Under the pieces are notes generated by a model. The model saw nothing but the letters and a program-made list of their open reading frames with translations. It was not told the origin of the DNA and made no database searches. Shown piece by piece: positions 1 to 10,161 of a stretch of DNA of 64,000 nucleotides. Origin of the DNA: Chloroflexota bacterium (GTDB taxonomy: Bacteria > Chloroflexota > Dehalococcoidia > DSTF01 > RBG-16-68-14). Within the stretch, counting starts at the first letter, position 1, and every line of letters starts with the position of its first letter. Position numbers and translations under genes: made by a program. The stretch spans positions 17,402-81,401 of the forward strand of contig JAJCYW010000005.1 in the NCBI GenBank assembly GCA_029262675.1, in the 5' to 3' direction.

Positions 1-429
1 CCCTGCGCGGACGGGGAAGGCGCCGCGCGCTGTATGCAATGGGCACTGGATGACGCCGGCATCGCGCCGGAGGAGATAGACTACGTTAACGCCCACGGCA
101 CGTCCACCTCGCTCAACGACGCTGCGGAGACCAAAGCTCTGAAGACGGTTCTCGGCGAGCACGCCTACCAGATACCCATCAGCTCGACGAAGTCGATGAT
201 CGGTCACGCGCTGGGGGCGTCCGGCGCGCTGGAGTCGGTCGCCTGCGTGAAGACGCTGCAGACCGGCACCATCCATCCGACCATCAACTATGAGTACCCG
301 GACCCCGACTGCGACCTGGACTACGTGCCCAACGAATCGCGCCAGCACGAGGTGAAGACGATTCTCAAGAACAGCTTCGGCTTTGGTGGGCAGAACGCTT
401 GCCTGGTCTTCCGGCGGTTCGAGGAGTAG
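1..429 (+). CDS. fabF: Beta-ketoacyl-ACP synthase II, C-terminal part (5'-truncated by window edge)
   Basis: Frame is open from base 1. Motifs [22 protein letters not shown] and [10 protein letters not shown] are typical of KAS II. Confidence 0.93.
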   Translation, partial: PCADGEGAARCMQWALDDAGIAPEEIDYVNAHGTSTSLNDAAETKALKTVLGEHAYQIPISSTKSMIGHALGASGALESVACVKTLQTGTIHPTINYEYPDPDCDLDYVPNESRQHEVKTILKNSFGFGGQNACLVFRRFEE

Positions 430-433
430 GCAC

Positions 434-1363
434 ATGCGTGTACTCGTCACCGGCGGCGCGGGTTTCATCGGTTCGCACGTCACCCGCGTCCTCGTCGAAG
501 CGGGCCACGGCGTGACGGTGCTGGACAACCTCTCGCGCGGTCGTCGCGACCTCGTGCCGGACGGCGCTAGCTTCGTCGAGGCCGACCTCGCCGACGAAGC
601 AGCGACAGAAGCCGCGCTGCAGGGCCACGATGCCGTCATCCACCTCGCCAGCTTCCTGGAAGTGGGCGTCTCCGTCGAGAAGCCGGTGCTCTTCGCGGAG
701 AACAATATTGTCAATTCGGTGCGGCTGCTGGAGGCGATGCGGCGCGCCGGTGTGGGCAAGATCGTCTTCTCCTCGTCGGCCACGGTCTACGGCGTGCCGG
801 AGAGCCTGCCGCTGCGCGAGGAAGATTCGCTGGGCATGCAGGCCAATCCCTACGGCGCGACCAAGGTCGCCGTCGAGACGTTCCTCGGCGTGTACCATCA
901 GCTCTACGATTTCGATTGCGTGCTGCTGCGTTACTTCAATCCGTATGGCCCGAACGAGCTGTGCGAGCCGGAGACGCACGCCGTGCCGAACATCGTCCGC
1001 GCTGCGCTGGAACGGCGGCCGGTGCCCGTCTACTGGGGCGGTCAGCAGAAGCGCGACTACATCTACGTGGAAGACCTGGCGCGCGCCCACATTGCGGCGT
1101 TGAACGTCGAGGGCTTCGAGGTCTTCAACGTCGGCACCGAAGCCGGGACAAAGGTCATCGACATCATCGATACCGTCTCCGCCATCCTCGGCTACGACGT
1201 CGCCGTTGACGACAAGGGTGAACGGCCGGGAGACGTGGAAGCGAGTTACGCATCGTCGGAGAAGCTGCGCACGCAGCTCGGCTGGCACCTGCAGGTCGAT
1301 CTAGAGGATGGCCTCCGCCGGACGATCGCTCACTACCGCGAGCGTCTGGGGATACCGGAGTAG
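434..1363 (+). CDS. galE: UDP-glucose 4-epimerase-like NAD-dependent epimerase
   Basis: Start moved to ATG 434 (MRVLVTGGAGFIG). YGATK catalytic YxxxK, RYFNPYGP, RDYIYVEDLA. Confidence 0.8.
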   Translation: MRVLVTGGAGFIGSHVTRVLVEAGHGVTVLDNLSRGRRDLVPDGASFVEADLADEAATEAALQGHDAVIHLASFLEVGVSVEKPVLFAENNIVNSVRLLEAMRRAGVGKIVFSSSATVYGVPESLPLREEDSLGMQANPYGATKVAVETFLGVYHQLYDFDCVLLRYFNPYGPNELCEPETHAVPNIVRAALERRPVPVYWGGQQKRDYIYVEDLARAHIAALNVEGFEVFNVGTEAGTKVIDIIDTVSAILGYDVAVDDKGERPGDVEASYASSEKLRTQLGWHLQVDLEDGLRRTIAHYRERLGIPE

Positions 1364-1364
1364 G

Positions 1365-1426
1365 GCTGTTCTGCGGAACAGCTGCGCCGACGTAGTCGGC
1401 AGGCGCGCCTACTTCGTAGGCGCCTG
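1365..1426. terminator. Cluster of three short hairpins between convergent genes
   Basis: GCTGTTC/GAACAGC (1365-1382), GCCGAC/GTCGGC (1386-1400), CGCCTAC/GTAGGCG (1406-1422). Confidence 0.55.
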
Positions 1427-1439
1427 TGTGAGCGCGGGC

Positions 1440-2408
1440 CTAGACCGTATACGTGCGCCTCTGGGGGCCGCGCAACAGTAGCGCGGACGAACCGTCTGGC
1501 CGCCAGAACGGCCCGACGAGGTTGTCGGCCGTTCCGCTCTCCAGCTTCTCGATTATGCCGTCCTCGGTCATCGTCAGCAGCGCGCCGCCTTCGCCGCAGA
1601 GCAGCGCATGCGTGCCGTCCGGATGCCAGGCCGCGCCGAGGAGCGCCCCGCCCGGCGCCGCTGGCGCGACCGTCTGGTACGTGAAACCGCCGCCGTCGTA
1701 AATCACCAGCTTGTTAAGGGCGCTCGCGTCAGCGAGCGCGCCGCCTGCTATCAGCGCGCGGCGGCCGCCGGGATGCCAGGCGACGGCGACGAAGTCGTCC
1801 TCGTCGTCGCTCGTCAGCATGGCTTGCAGGTAGTCGCCGTCGCAGCGGTAGAGCGCGTGCGGGCGCGGGTAGCCGGCCCAGCGGCTGGCGTAGGCGCCGA
1901 CGAGCGCGTAGGCGCCGTCCGGCCGCCAGGCGACGGCACGCAGCGTGTGGGCGCGGTCGCCGGGAACAGGCGTCAGCGTGCCGTCCGCGTAGCGCAGCAC
2001 CGTGCCGCTGTTGCCGATGATGAGGGCCGTGTGGCCGTCGGGATGCCAGGCCGCTCGGCGCAGGTTCTCGCTGGTCGGCGAGGAGAATTCGCGGCAGGCA
2101 CCCCCGGTACGGCCGTCGTACAGCAGTACTGCGCCGCGATTGCCCACGAGCAGCGCCCTGTCGCCGTCCGGCGCGAACGCGACGCCGCGCAGGTTGTGCT
2201 TTGTGCCGGTATCGATCTGCTCCCAGCGCGGGCTCTTATCGCCCGGGACGTAGCGCACGGCCGCCCCGCCGTTGCCGGCCAGCAGGCAGGATGATCCGTC
2301 CGGATGCCAGGCCGCCCATCGCAGCGGCTTCTTCGCGGCGCTCTCCAGCGGTGTCAGGGCGCTGCCTACGGCAGCGTGCGGATCGTAGATGTAGAGCTGC
2401 GTGTCCAT
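1440..2408 (-). CDS. WD40-like 7-bladed beta-propeller protein
   Basis: Seven ~40-45 aa repeats ending in (A/V)AW(H/R)PDG-like motifs. Confidence 0.75.
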   Translation of the reverse strand: MDTQLYIYDPHAAVGSALTPLESAAKKPLRWAAWHPDGSSCLLAGNGGAAVRYVPGDKSPRWEQIDTGTKHNLRGVAFAPDGDRALLVGNRGAVLLYDGRTGGACREFSSPTSENLRRAAWHPDGHTALIIGNSGTVLRYADGTLTPVPGDRAHTLRAVAWRPDGAYALVGAYASRWAGYPRPHALYRCDGDYLQAMLTSDDEDDFVAVAWHPGGRRALIAGGALADASALNKLVIYDGGGFTYQTVAPAAPGGALLGAAWHPDGTHALLCGEGGALLTMTEDGIIEKLESGTADNLVGPFWRPDGSSALLLRGPQRRTYTV

Positions 2409-2475
2409 TCCGCCATTGTAGCCTGCGGCGCGGCCACGTCTAGCGGGCGGTGCGCGGGAACGCTACGATGCAGGC

Positions 2476-3129
2476 GTGACACGCATCGGCTTCATCGGCG
2501 GCACCGGCCCTGAGGGCAAAGGCCTGGCCTATCGTTTCGCGCTCGCGGGGCACGAAGTCATCATTGGCTCGCGCACCGAAGAGCGTGGTGTCGAGGCTGC
2601 GGCCGAAGTCGCCGATCGCGCCGCCAGCGCCACGGTGACCGGCGGCGAGAACGCCCACGCCGCGAGCGAGGCGGAGATCGTCGTGCTGACGGTGCCGTAC
2701 GCCGCCCAGGCCGACACGCTGCCGCCGCTACGCGAGGCCTGCGACGGCAAGCTCGTTATCAGCACCGCCGTCCCGATGACGTTTGAAGGCGGCAAGCCGT
2801 CGATGCCGGCGGTCGAGGAGGGCTCCGCAGCGGAACAGGCACAGGCGCTGCTGCCGGGCGCGAACGTTGTAGGCGCGTTCCAGAACCTCGGCGCGGCGAA
2901 GCTCTGGAAAGGCGACGAGCCGCTGGACCAGGACGTCATCGTCTGCGGCGACGACGACGCGGCGAAGCAGCGGGCGTCTGCATTAGCAAAAGACATCCGC
3001 GGCGTCCGCGCAGTCGATGGCGGGCCGCTGTATTCCGCGAAATTTGTGGAAGGCATTACGGTGATGCTGGTGGGCATCAATAAGCGCTACAAGACCTTAG
3101 CCGGCGTCCGCATCGCGGGGCTGGAATGA
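2476..3129 (+). CDS. npdG: NADPH-dependent F420 reductase
   Basis: IGFIGGTGPEGKGLA Rossmann start, VVLTVPY, VVGAFQN, DVIVCGDD, GVRAVDGGPL; adjacent to cofE. Confidence 0.88.
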   Translation: MTRIGFIGGTGPEGKGLAYRFALAGHEVIIGSRTEERGVEAAAEVADRAASATVTGGENAHAASEAEIVVLTVPYAAQADTLPPLREACDGKLVISTAVPMTFEGGKPSMPAVEEGSAAEQAQALLPGANVVGAFQNLGAAKLWKGDEPLDQDVIVCGDDDAAKQRASALAKDIRGVRAVDGGPLYSAKFVEGITVMLVGINKRYKTLAGVRIAGLE

Positions 3130-3878
3130 CCGAAGTCCGCATTATCGGCCTGGTGGGCTTGCCGGAGGTGCGCCCCGGCGACGACCTGGCCGCCCAGATC
3201 CTGCAGGCCGCGGTCGAACAGCAACTCACGTTAGAGGCGGGCGACGTCCTTGTCGTGACGCAGAAGGTCGTCTCCAAAGCGGAGGGCCGCATCGTCGACC
3301 TCGACGACGTGGAGCCCGGCGATTTCGCCCGCCAGATCGCGGAGCGTTGGGAAAAGGACGCGCGGCTGGTGGAAGTAGTGCTGGGCGAGAGCGCCCGCAT
3401 CGTCCGCATGGACCACGGCGTCGTCATCTGCGAGACGAAGCACGGCCTGATCTGCGCCAACGCCGGCGTGGATTCGTCGAACGTGGAGAAGCTCGGTACC
3501 GTGGCGCTGCTGCCAGACGACCCCGACGCTTCGGCGACCGCCATTCGCGATCGCGCCGCGGCCGAGGCCGGCGTCGATATCGCTGTCGTGATCACGGACA
3601 CCTTCGGGCGCCCGTGGCGCGAGGGCCACGTCAACTTCGCCATTGGCGTCGCGGGCATGGCGCCGCTCTGGGACTACGCGGGCGCCTACGACCCGGCCGG
3701 CCTGGAGCTGAAGGTCACGCAGATGGCGGTCGCCGACGAGCTGGCATCGGCGGCGGAACTGGTGCAGGGCAAGCTGGAGCGCACGCCGGCCGCCGTCGTG
3801 CGGGGCTACGACTACCCGAAGGGTGATGGGTCGCTTGCCGACCTGCTCCGCGACCCTGAGCTGGATCTGTTTCGGTAG
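3126..3878 (+). CDS. cofE: Coenzyme F420-0:L-glutamate ligase
   Basis: LPEVRPGDDL, VVTQKVVSKAEGR, ANAGVDSSN, VITDTFGRPWREG, ADELASAA; ATGA overlap with npdG. Confidence 0.92.
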   Translation: MTEVRIIGLVGLPEVRPGDDLAAQILQAAVEQQLTLEAGDVLVVTQKVVSKAEGRIVDLDDVEPGDFARQIAERWEKDARLVEVVLGESARIVRMDHGVVICETKHGLICANAGVDSSNVEKLGTVALLPDDPDASATAIRDRAAAEAGVDIAVVITDTFGRPWREGHVNFAIGVAGMAPLWDYAGAYDPAGLELKVTQMAVADELASAAELVQGKLERTPAAVVRGYDYPKGDGSLADLLRDPELDLFR

Positions 3879-3932
3879 CGCGCAGGCCAACGCGTTAGCC
3901 CGGCCGCGCCGGGCCGCCCGCAGCCTAGCGCC

Positions 3933-4397
3933 CTAGACGTCTCCTGCCGTCCGCGCCTCTATGTAAGCGTCCAGAACGCCGCGTACGCCGCTGACGAGTT
4001 TCAAGACGATCGGGTCGCGAGCGAGCGCGGCCAATGCATCGTCGCTGAAGTATCGCTCGCGATAGTACTGCACGGTCACCCAGCGCGCGGCGCTGTGCTC
4101 CTCGTTGATGCGCGGCTCGGCGTCCGGGGCGACGTCGCAGACGAACGTGATGCCGACGGCCGGAGTGCCGGCGTCCTGGCGGTAGTCCCAGACGCGGAAG
4201 AGTCGCAGGCCGGCAACCTCAAGCTCCGTCTCTTCGCGGATCTCGCGTCGCACGCCGTCTTCCGGCGTTTCGTTCTCCTCCAGCGAGCCGCCGGGAACGT
4301 ACCAGGCGCCTGTCATCGCGCCCATCGCCCGCTTCATGATTAGGATCTCGTCGCCGCGCCGGACGATGGCGTCGACGTGGACGTGAAACAGCGGCAT
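3933..4397 (-). CDS. NUDIX hydrolase
   Basis: Nudix box GGSLEENETPEDGVRREIREETEL. Confidence 0.85.
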   Translation of the reverse strand: MPLFHVHVDAIVRRGDEILIMKRAMGAMTGAWYVPGGSLEENETPEDGVRREIREETELEVAGLRLFRVWDYRQDAGTPAVGITFVCDVAPDAEPRINEEHSAARWVTVQYYRERYFSDDALAALARDPIVLKLVSGVRGVLDAYIEARTAGDV

Positions 4398-4480
4398 GTT
4401 GCGACTCTCCTTTTCTCACCTGTCGCATCGTCACACGGCGAACAGGCCCGGCCTTCACGCTTGGGCCGCGACGCGGAACG

Positions 4481-5233
4481 TCACAACTCGCGTGTTCCGG
4501 GAACGGGGATCACGGCGCCGCTGATGGTCGCCGCGCGCTCCGAGCAGAGGAACGCGACGACCTCCGCGATGGCCTGCGCTGTACCGGCGACATCGCCCTC
4601 CGGCCCGCGTTCGGCCAACTCACGCGCCTCGTCGAGCGTCACGTAATCAATTGGTCCCGGCGCGACGGCGTTAACCGTCACGCCGCGCTCATGCTCGCGG
4701 CGGCCCAGCGTGCGCGCCAGCCAGTGACGCGCGGCCTTGCCCAGCGGGTAGTCCAGCGGCGCGTCCGGCGGGCCGAAGCGCCAGTCGTCCGCGCCATGCC
4801 CGCCGATCAGGATGATGCGGCCGTGGCCGCGCTCGCGCATGCCGGGCAGCGTGGCGCGGATCAGCGCGTAGGCGGCGTCGATTTCCGCCGCCATGACGGA
4901 GCGCCAGTGCTCCGGCTCGATGTCCGGAAGGTCGGCCGGCTGCCACGAGCCGCCCGCGCTGGCGACGGCAATGTCGAGCGGCCCGAGCTGCGCTTCCGCC
5001 GCACGTACCATATCGAGCACGGCGGCTGCGTCGGCCACGTCGGCCTGGTGGACGAGCGCGCGGCGGCCCAGCGACTCAATCACGGCCGCCATCTCCTCGG
5101 CGCGGTCGCGGCGCTGCTTGAAGTTGACGACGATGTCCGCGCCCTCTCGGGCCAGCGTCAGCGCGATGCTGCGGCCCATGCCGCGGCCGGATGCGCCCGT
5201 GACCAGCGCGATACGTCCTTCGAGAGTCGCCAT
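4481..5233 (-). CDS. SDR family oxidoreductase
   Basis: Start moved to ATG 5233 (MATLEGRIALVTGASGRGMG); YPLGK YxxxK; VNAVAPG. Confidence 0.85.
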   Translation of the reverse strand: MATLEGRIALVTGASGRGMGRSIALTLAREGADIVVNFKQRRDRAEEMAAVIESLGRRALVHQADVADAAAVLDMVRAAEAQLGPLDIAVASAGGSWQPADLPDIEPEHWRSVMAAEIDAAYALIRATLPGMRERGHGRIILIGGHGADDWRFGPPDAPLDYPLGKAARHWLARTLGRREHERGVTVNAVAPGPIDYVTLDEARELAERGPEGDVAGTAQAIAEVVAFLCSERAATISGAVIPVPGTREL

Positions 5234-5420
5234 CACAGGCGGCAGCGTAGCATCTGCGCCGCGAGCATCCAACGGGCTGCTCCTACGGAGCAGCTTCAAC
5301 TTGACTCTGGCACTTCAGGGCTGTGCCTCAACTATGCCGCGAGTAGCCGAAGGCTACTCGAAGCTGCGCCGCAGCGCAGCCGGTTGGACACCGAAACGTC
5401 CGCTCGTCATACTGCGGCTG

Positions 5421-6197
5421 ATGACGGCGAACACGGAGAAGCCATTCGCAGACAAGGTGGCGCTGGTTACCGGCGGCAGCCGCGGCATCGGCCGCGCCTG
5501 CGCGTTGCGATTCGCGTCGTTGGGCGCGGACGTGGTGGTCAACTACTCGCGCAGCGCCGAACACGCAGATGCCACTGCGAACGAAGCGGCGGCGCTAGGC
5601 GTCCGCGGTATCGCCGTGCAGGCCGACATGGGCGACCGGGACGCAATCGTTGCGCTCTTCGAACGCGTCCGCGAGGAGTTCGGCCGGCTGGACGTCCTTG
5701 TGAACAGCGCCGCACGCGGACTGGAGCGTCCGCGCGGCGCGCTCGACTCGCTGCCGCAACACCTCAAGCACTCCATGGACGTCAACCTCTTCGGCCCCTG
5801 GTTCTGCGCGCAGGAAGCGGCGCGGCTGATGGAGGAGGGCGCCAGCATCGTCAACCTGCTGAGCCCCGGCTCGGAGCGCTACTTACCGAAGTACGCGCCG
5901 GTCGGCGTATCGAAGGGCGCGCTCGCCTCACTGACAACCTACCTGGCCGTAGAGCTGGCGCAGCGGGGCATCCGCGTCAACGGCGTGTCCGCCGGGCTGG
6001 TCGACAGCAGCGACGGCGTGCGGATGATGCCAGCAGATCTGATCGAGCGCTACCGGCAGGCCGTGCCCTCAGGCCGGCTGGTGACGCCGGACGAAGTGGC
6101 GAACGCGGTGGCCTACCTCTGCAGCGACCAGGCGGCGATGATCGTCGGCCAGCTGCTGCTCGTCGATGGCGGCTACTCGCTCGTCGGCGTGCCGTAG
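5421..6197 (+). CDS. fabL: FabL-like enoyl-ACP reductase (SDR)
   Basis: Start at ATG 5421. ALVTGGSRGIG, DVLVNSAA, and YAPVGVSK (Y-x6-K) resemble Bacillus FabL. Confidence 0.7.
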   Translation: MTANTEKPFADKVALVTGGSRGIGRACALRFASLGADVVVNYSRSAEHADATANEAAALGVRGIAVQADMGDRDAIVALFERVREEFGRLDVLVNSAARGLERPRGALDSLPQHLKHSMDVNLFGPWFCAQEAARLMEEGASIVNLLSPGSERYLPKYAPVGVSKGALASLTTYLAVELAQRGIRVNGVSAGLVDSSDGVRMMPADLIERYRQAVPSGRLVTPDEVANAVAYLCSDQAAMIVGQLLLVDGGYSLVGVP

Positions 6198-6224
6198 CGA
6201 CTGCGGGCAAGGAGAGGAGACGCA

Positions 6225-6854
6225 ATGGCTGAGCAGCAGCAAGAGCAGGGCCACCGCTGGTTCGCGGCGCTCTGGGACCGGCTCAGCGCGACGGGCGAGC
6301 GGCGATTCGGCAGGAAGATCCGGCCGCGCATCATGGAGGAGATGGCCGGTCGGGTGCTAGAGATCGGCTGCGGTACCGGCGCAAGTTTTTCCTACTACGA
6401 CGAGGGTTCGCAGGTCGTTGCGACGGAGCCGGACCCGCACATGCTCAAGCGCGCCGAGACGAAACTGGCGGAACTGGGCCTGCCGAACATCGAGCTGCGG
6501 CAGGCGCCTGCGGAGTCGCTGCCGTTTGACGACGACACGTTCGATCACATCATCAGCACGCTCGTCTTCTGTTCCGTTCGCGACCAGACCGTGGCCTTTG
6601 CCGAAGCACACCGCGTGCTGAAGCCGGACGGCACGTTCCGGTTCTGGGAGCACGTCCGCAACGATGACAGCCGCTTCTGGGGCACGACGCAGGATCTGAT
6701 CATGCCTATCTGGCGCTGGTTCGGAGCCGGCTGCCACCCGAACCGCCGGACGCAGCAGGCGCTGGAAGATGCCGGCTTCAGCATCGAGTGGGTGGAGCGG
6801 ATCATGGGAGCTCCCGGTACGCCGGAGATCTACGGCCTGGCCCGGGGCGTGTAG
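6225..6854 (+). CDS. Class I SAM-dependent methyltransferase
   Basis: VLEIGCGTG, AESLPFDDDTFD, RVLKPDG. Confidence 0.88.
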   Translation: MAEQQQEQGHRWFAALWDRLSATGERRFGRKIRPRIMEEMAGRVLEIGCGTGASFSYYDEGSQVVATEPDPHMLKRAETKLAELGLPNIELRQAPAESLPFDDDTFDHIISTLVFCSVRDQTVAFAEAHRVLKPDGTFRFWEHVRNDDSRFWGTTQDLIMPIWRWFGAGCHPNRRTQQALEDAGFSIEWVERIMGAPGTPEIYGLARGV

Positions 6855-6857
6855 GAG

Positions 6858-8120
6858 ATGGCCACGCCGAACACCGTCGAACTGCCCGCGGAGCGCGTGC
6901 CCGTCATCGCGGCCTGCGATGTGCTCGTCGTCGGCGGTGGCTCGGCCGGGCTATCGGCCGCCATCGCCGCGCGACGCCAGGGCGCCGACGTGATCCTCGT
7001 CGAGCGCTACGGCTATCTCGGCGGCCTTGCGTCCGGCGGGCTGATCGTGCTGCTGCTGACGCTCGACGACGGCGCGGGCAACCAGGTCGTCGCCGGGCTC
7101 TGCCAGGAGCTCGTCGACCGGCTCCAGGCGCGCGATGCGTGCTTCCATCCTCCGAAGACGGAATGGGGCGATACAGACGACGAACTGATCGAACGCTACC
7201 GGCGTTGGGGGCTGGTCTGGGGCTCTGCGCCGCACAAGGTGCGCTACTCCGTCGCCTACGACCCGGAAGAGTTCAAGCTCGTCGCGAACACCTGGGTCGC
7301 CGAAACCGGCGTCCGGCTGATGTATCATCGCTGGGCGTCGGACGTCGTCCGAGACGGCGACCGTGTGACGCACGTCGTTTTCACGTCGAAGGCCGGCCGC
7401 CAGGCGATCGCCTGCGGCGCCGTCATCGATACCACCGGCGACGGCGACATCTTCGCGCTCGCTGGCGAGCCGTTCGAGCTGGAGGAGATCCACCCCTGGC
7501 TCTGGTTCCGGATGGCAGGCGTCGACGATTCGGAGAGCGCGCCCGGCGGGTCGATTCGGACGATCCGGCCCGGCCAGGCGCTGCTGCCGTGGGGTGCGGC
7601 GGAGCGCATCAGCCGCCGCATCGACGCAACGAACCCGGACGACCTGACGTTCGCGGAGGTGGAGTGCCGGCGAATGGTGATGGAGGAGGTCGACAGGTTA
7701 CGCAGCCAGGTTCCCGGCTTCGAGAACGCCTACCTCACTGACGTGTCGCTGACGCCCGACGTGACGGAATCGCGGCGGCTGACTGGCCGCTACGTTCTCG
7801 CGCGCGATGACATGGACGCGCCGTTCGAGGACGTCATCGCCGTCACCGGCCACTGGACGAAGTACGACTGCACCTACCAGATCCCCTTCCGCAGCCTGCT
7901 GCCGCAGCGCACGGCCAACCTGCTGGCCGCCGGCCGCTGCATCAGCGTTGACCATCGCGTCCACCACGCGACGAAAGAGATCCCGGCCTGTTTCGCTACC
8001 GGGGAGGCGGCCGGCGTCGCCGCGGCCATGTCGCTTGCGAGCAACCAAGCGCCGGCGGATCTGGCGACGGCGGAGCTACAGCGGGCGTTGCGCAAGGCCG
8101 GGGTCTGGCTGCCGAAGTAG
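6858..8120 (+). CDS. FAD-dependent oxidoreductase
   Basis: DVLVVGGGSAG, IDTTGDGD, RESR-like TESRRL, NLLAAGRCIS, ATGEAAGVAAA. Confidence 0.85.
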   Translation: MATPNTVELPAERVPVIAACDVLVVGGGSAGLSAAIAARRQGADVILVERYGYLGGLASGGLIVLLLTLDDGAGNQVVAGLCQELVDRLQARDACFHPPKTEWGDTDDELIERYRRWGLVWGSAPHKVRYSVAYDPEEFKLVANTWVAETGVRLMYHRWASDVVRDGDRVTHVVFTSKAGRQAIACGAVIDTTGDGDIFALAGEPFELEEIHPWLWFRMAGVDDSESAPGGSIRTIRPGQALLPWGAAERISRRIDATNPDDLTFAEVECRRMVMEEVDRLRSQVPGFENAYLTDVSLTPDVTESRRLTGRYVLARDDMDAPFEDVIAVTGHWTKYDCTYQIPFRSLLPQRTANLLAAGRCISVDHRVHHATKEIPACFATGEAAGVAAAMSLASNQAPADLATAELQRALRKAGVWLPK

Positions 8121-8131
8121 GGTACGCCGGC

Positions 8132-8476
8132 GTGACCGAACGGATTGGTCCCCTGCGCTGGCTGGCACGCCTACTGGGCGTCGCGCCTGCCGTGTTCTCC
8201 TGGTTTATGGTGATCGGCTACGCGATCACGGAGCCGGGCCTCAGCGGCGAAGGCGCCGCCGTGTTGGGATCCGTCATCCTCCTCACGCTGGCGGCGCTCG
8301 CGGCGTGGCGCTGGGAGTTCGCAGGCGGTATCGCGGAGATCGCGGTGGCCGTGGGCTTCGCGGTCGTCGTCTACGTAACGGCCGGCCGCAACGAACTGAT
8401 CGTCGCGACGCTGCTGCCGTCGCCGTGGTTCGTCAGCGGCGCGCTGTTCGTCTGGCTGTCGCGGCGCGGCGTCTAG
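8132..8476 (+). CDS. Small membrane protein (about 4 TM)
   Basis: 114-aa ORF with four hydrophobic segments in an intergenic gap. Confidence 0.6.
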   Translation: MTERIGPLRWLARLLGVAPAVFSWFMVIGYAITEPGLSGEGAAVLGSVILLTLAALAAWRWEFAGGIAEIAVAVGFAVVVYVTAGRNELIVATLLPSPWFVSGALFVWLSRRGV

Positions 8477-9123
8477 CCGGTCTCGTCTCCGCTTTCAGCG
8501 GGCGGCGTTGCGGGCGGAACGGCCGCTGTCGCCGGTTCCGGCGCACCTCCGGCATCACCGAGCGTGAACGGCGGGTACTCGTCAACCAGCGAAGCCATGT
8601 AGGCCATGAGGCGCGCCTCCCAGCGCAGGTAGCCGAGGATGAAGTTCTTGGCCCATTCCGGGTAGCTGCCGCCGATCAGGATCGCGATGGCGGCGACGAG
8701 CCAACAAACGGCGAAGACGATCCCCAGCAGCGCGAGGACGATCGCATGAGGGATGGCCAAAATGATCCGCATGAGCGCCGAACCAACCGTTGGTGTACCG
8801 CTCGTTTGCAGCTGTAGGTCGACGACGTCCTCCGGCGCGCTCGTTGGCAGCTTGTCGGTGGCTAGTGCCATGTAGCTGTAGAAGCCCATCAGGTAGCGCA
8901 GCCACTTGGTCGGACCCTGCTCGGCCTCGGCCAGGTACTGGTCTGCACCCTTTTGCGAGACCAGCACGCCTGCCAATACCGGCAGCACGAGATATGCGGC
9001 GCTGAAGACGATGCTTCCGATCTGCAGCACCGAGAGGACGATGACGATGAGGATGCGCAGGAAGACCTGTGCTTTGTCGAACTCCTCTGGCGCTTCAACG
9101 TTAAACGTGGCGGGGTAGGCCAT
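8473..9123 (-). CDS. DUF4389-like membrane protein, copy 1
   Basis: ILAIPHAIVL...GYLRWEARLMAYMASLVDEYPPFTL motif. Confidence 0.78.
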   Translation of the reverse strand: MAYPATFNVEAPEEFDKAQVFLRILIVIVLSVLQIGSIVFSAAYLVLPVLAGVLVSQKGADQYLAEAEQGPTKWLRYLMGFYSYMALATDKLPTSAPEDVVDLQLQTSGTPTVGSALMRIILAIPHAIVLALLGIVFAVCWLVAAIAILIGGSYPEWAKNFILGYLRWEARLMAYMASLVDEYPPFTLGDAGGAPEPATAAVPPATPPAESGDETG

Positions 9124-9257
9124 GGCGGGTCTCCTTTCGCCGCAATGATGTGTGGTTCTAGGCAGAGGATACTCGTCAGTTGAATGCCCTGTCTACGGCC
9201 GGTCGGCCCTTATTCGAACTGGACGGACGCTCCGCCAGCGTGGGCAGACGGCGCCAC

Positions 9258-9346
9258 CTACCCGCAGACCGCGCCTTCCGAAGCGGACGAGACGAGCCGG
9301 GCGTACTTCGCGAGCGCGCCGCTCTCGTAGTTCGGAGGGGGTGGCG
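9258..9346 (-). pseudogene. ilvD: Duplicated 3' end of ilvD (last 28 codons plus stop)
   Basis: Matches 10162-10250 and encodes the identical [28 protein letters not shown]; 4 nt differences, all synonymous. Confidence 0.9.
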
Positions 9347-9356
9347 CGGGACAGGT

Positions 9357-10031
9357 TTAGCCTGTCGGTGTCGTTGCTTGGGCCGGAGCCGCGGGCGATT
9401 CTTCGTCCCCGCCCCTGAGCGTGAACGGCGGGTACTCGTCAACCAGCGAAGCCATGTAGACCATCACCCGCGCGGTCCACTGGAGGTAGCCCTGGATGAA
9501 CCTGGCCACCCAACTCGGGTAGCTGCCGCTGATCAGGATCGCGACTGCGGCCACGAGCCAGCAGAACGCGAAAACGATGCCAAGCACCGCGAGAATAATT
9601 GCGTGCGGGATCGCCAGGATGATGCGCGCCAGCGCCGACCCGACCGTCGGCGTCCCAACGGGCTGCACGTGCAGACCGACGCTTTCCTCCGGGGCGCTCG
9701 TTGGCAGCTTGTCGGTGGCGAGCGCCATGTAGCTGTAGAAGCCCATCAGGTAGCGCAGCCACTTGGTTGGGCCCTGCTCGGAGTCGGCCAGGTATTGATC
9801 CGCACCCTTCTGCGAGACAAGCACGGCCGCCATCATCGGCAATACGAGGTATGCGGCGCTGAAGATCATGCTGTCGATCATCAGAAACGAGGAGGTGAGA
9901 AATGTTGGGTCGATGAAGATGCTGCCGCTCTGGAGCACCACAAGGGCGAAGGTGAGGGTGATACGCAGCGCTACCTGCGTTTTGTCGAACTGTTCCGGCG
10001 GGGTGACGGAGTACGTAGCAGGGTAAGCCAT
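9357..10031 (-). CDS. DUF4389-like membrane protein, copy 2
   Basis: Paralog of 8473-9123, sharing GPTKWLRYLMGFYSYMALATDKLPTSAPE and DEYPPFTL. Confidence 0.78.
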   Translation of the reverse strand: MAYPATYSVTPPEQFDKTQVALRITLTFALVVLQSGSIFIDPTFLTSSFLMIDSMIFSAAYLVLPMMAAVLVSQKGADQYLADSEQGPTKWLRYLMGFYSYMALATDKLPTSAPEESVGLHVQPVGTPTVGSALARIILAIPHAIILAVLGIVFAFCWLVAAVAILISGSYPSWVARFIQGYLQWTARVMVYMASLVDEYPPFTLRGGDEESPAAPAQATTPTG

Positions 10032-10161
10032 CGCCGGTCTCCTTTCACCGCAATGAAGCTTGGCTCTCGGTTGAGGATACTGGTCAGAAAGATGCGCTGT
10101 CTACGGCCAGTCGGCCCCTGTTCGAGCTCGACGAACGCTTCGTTCGGTGGCCAGTAGCTAC

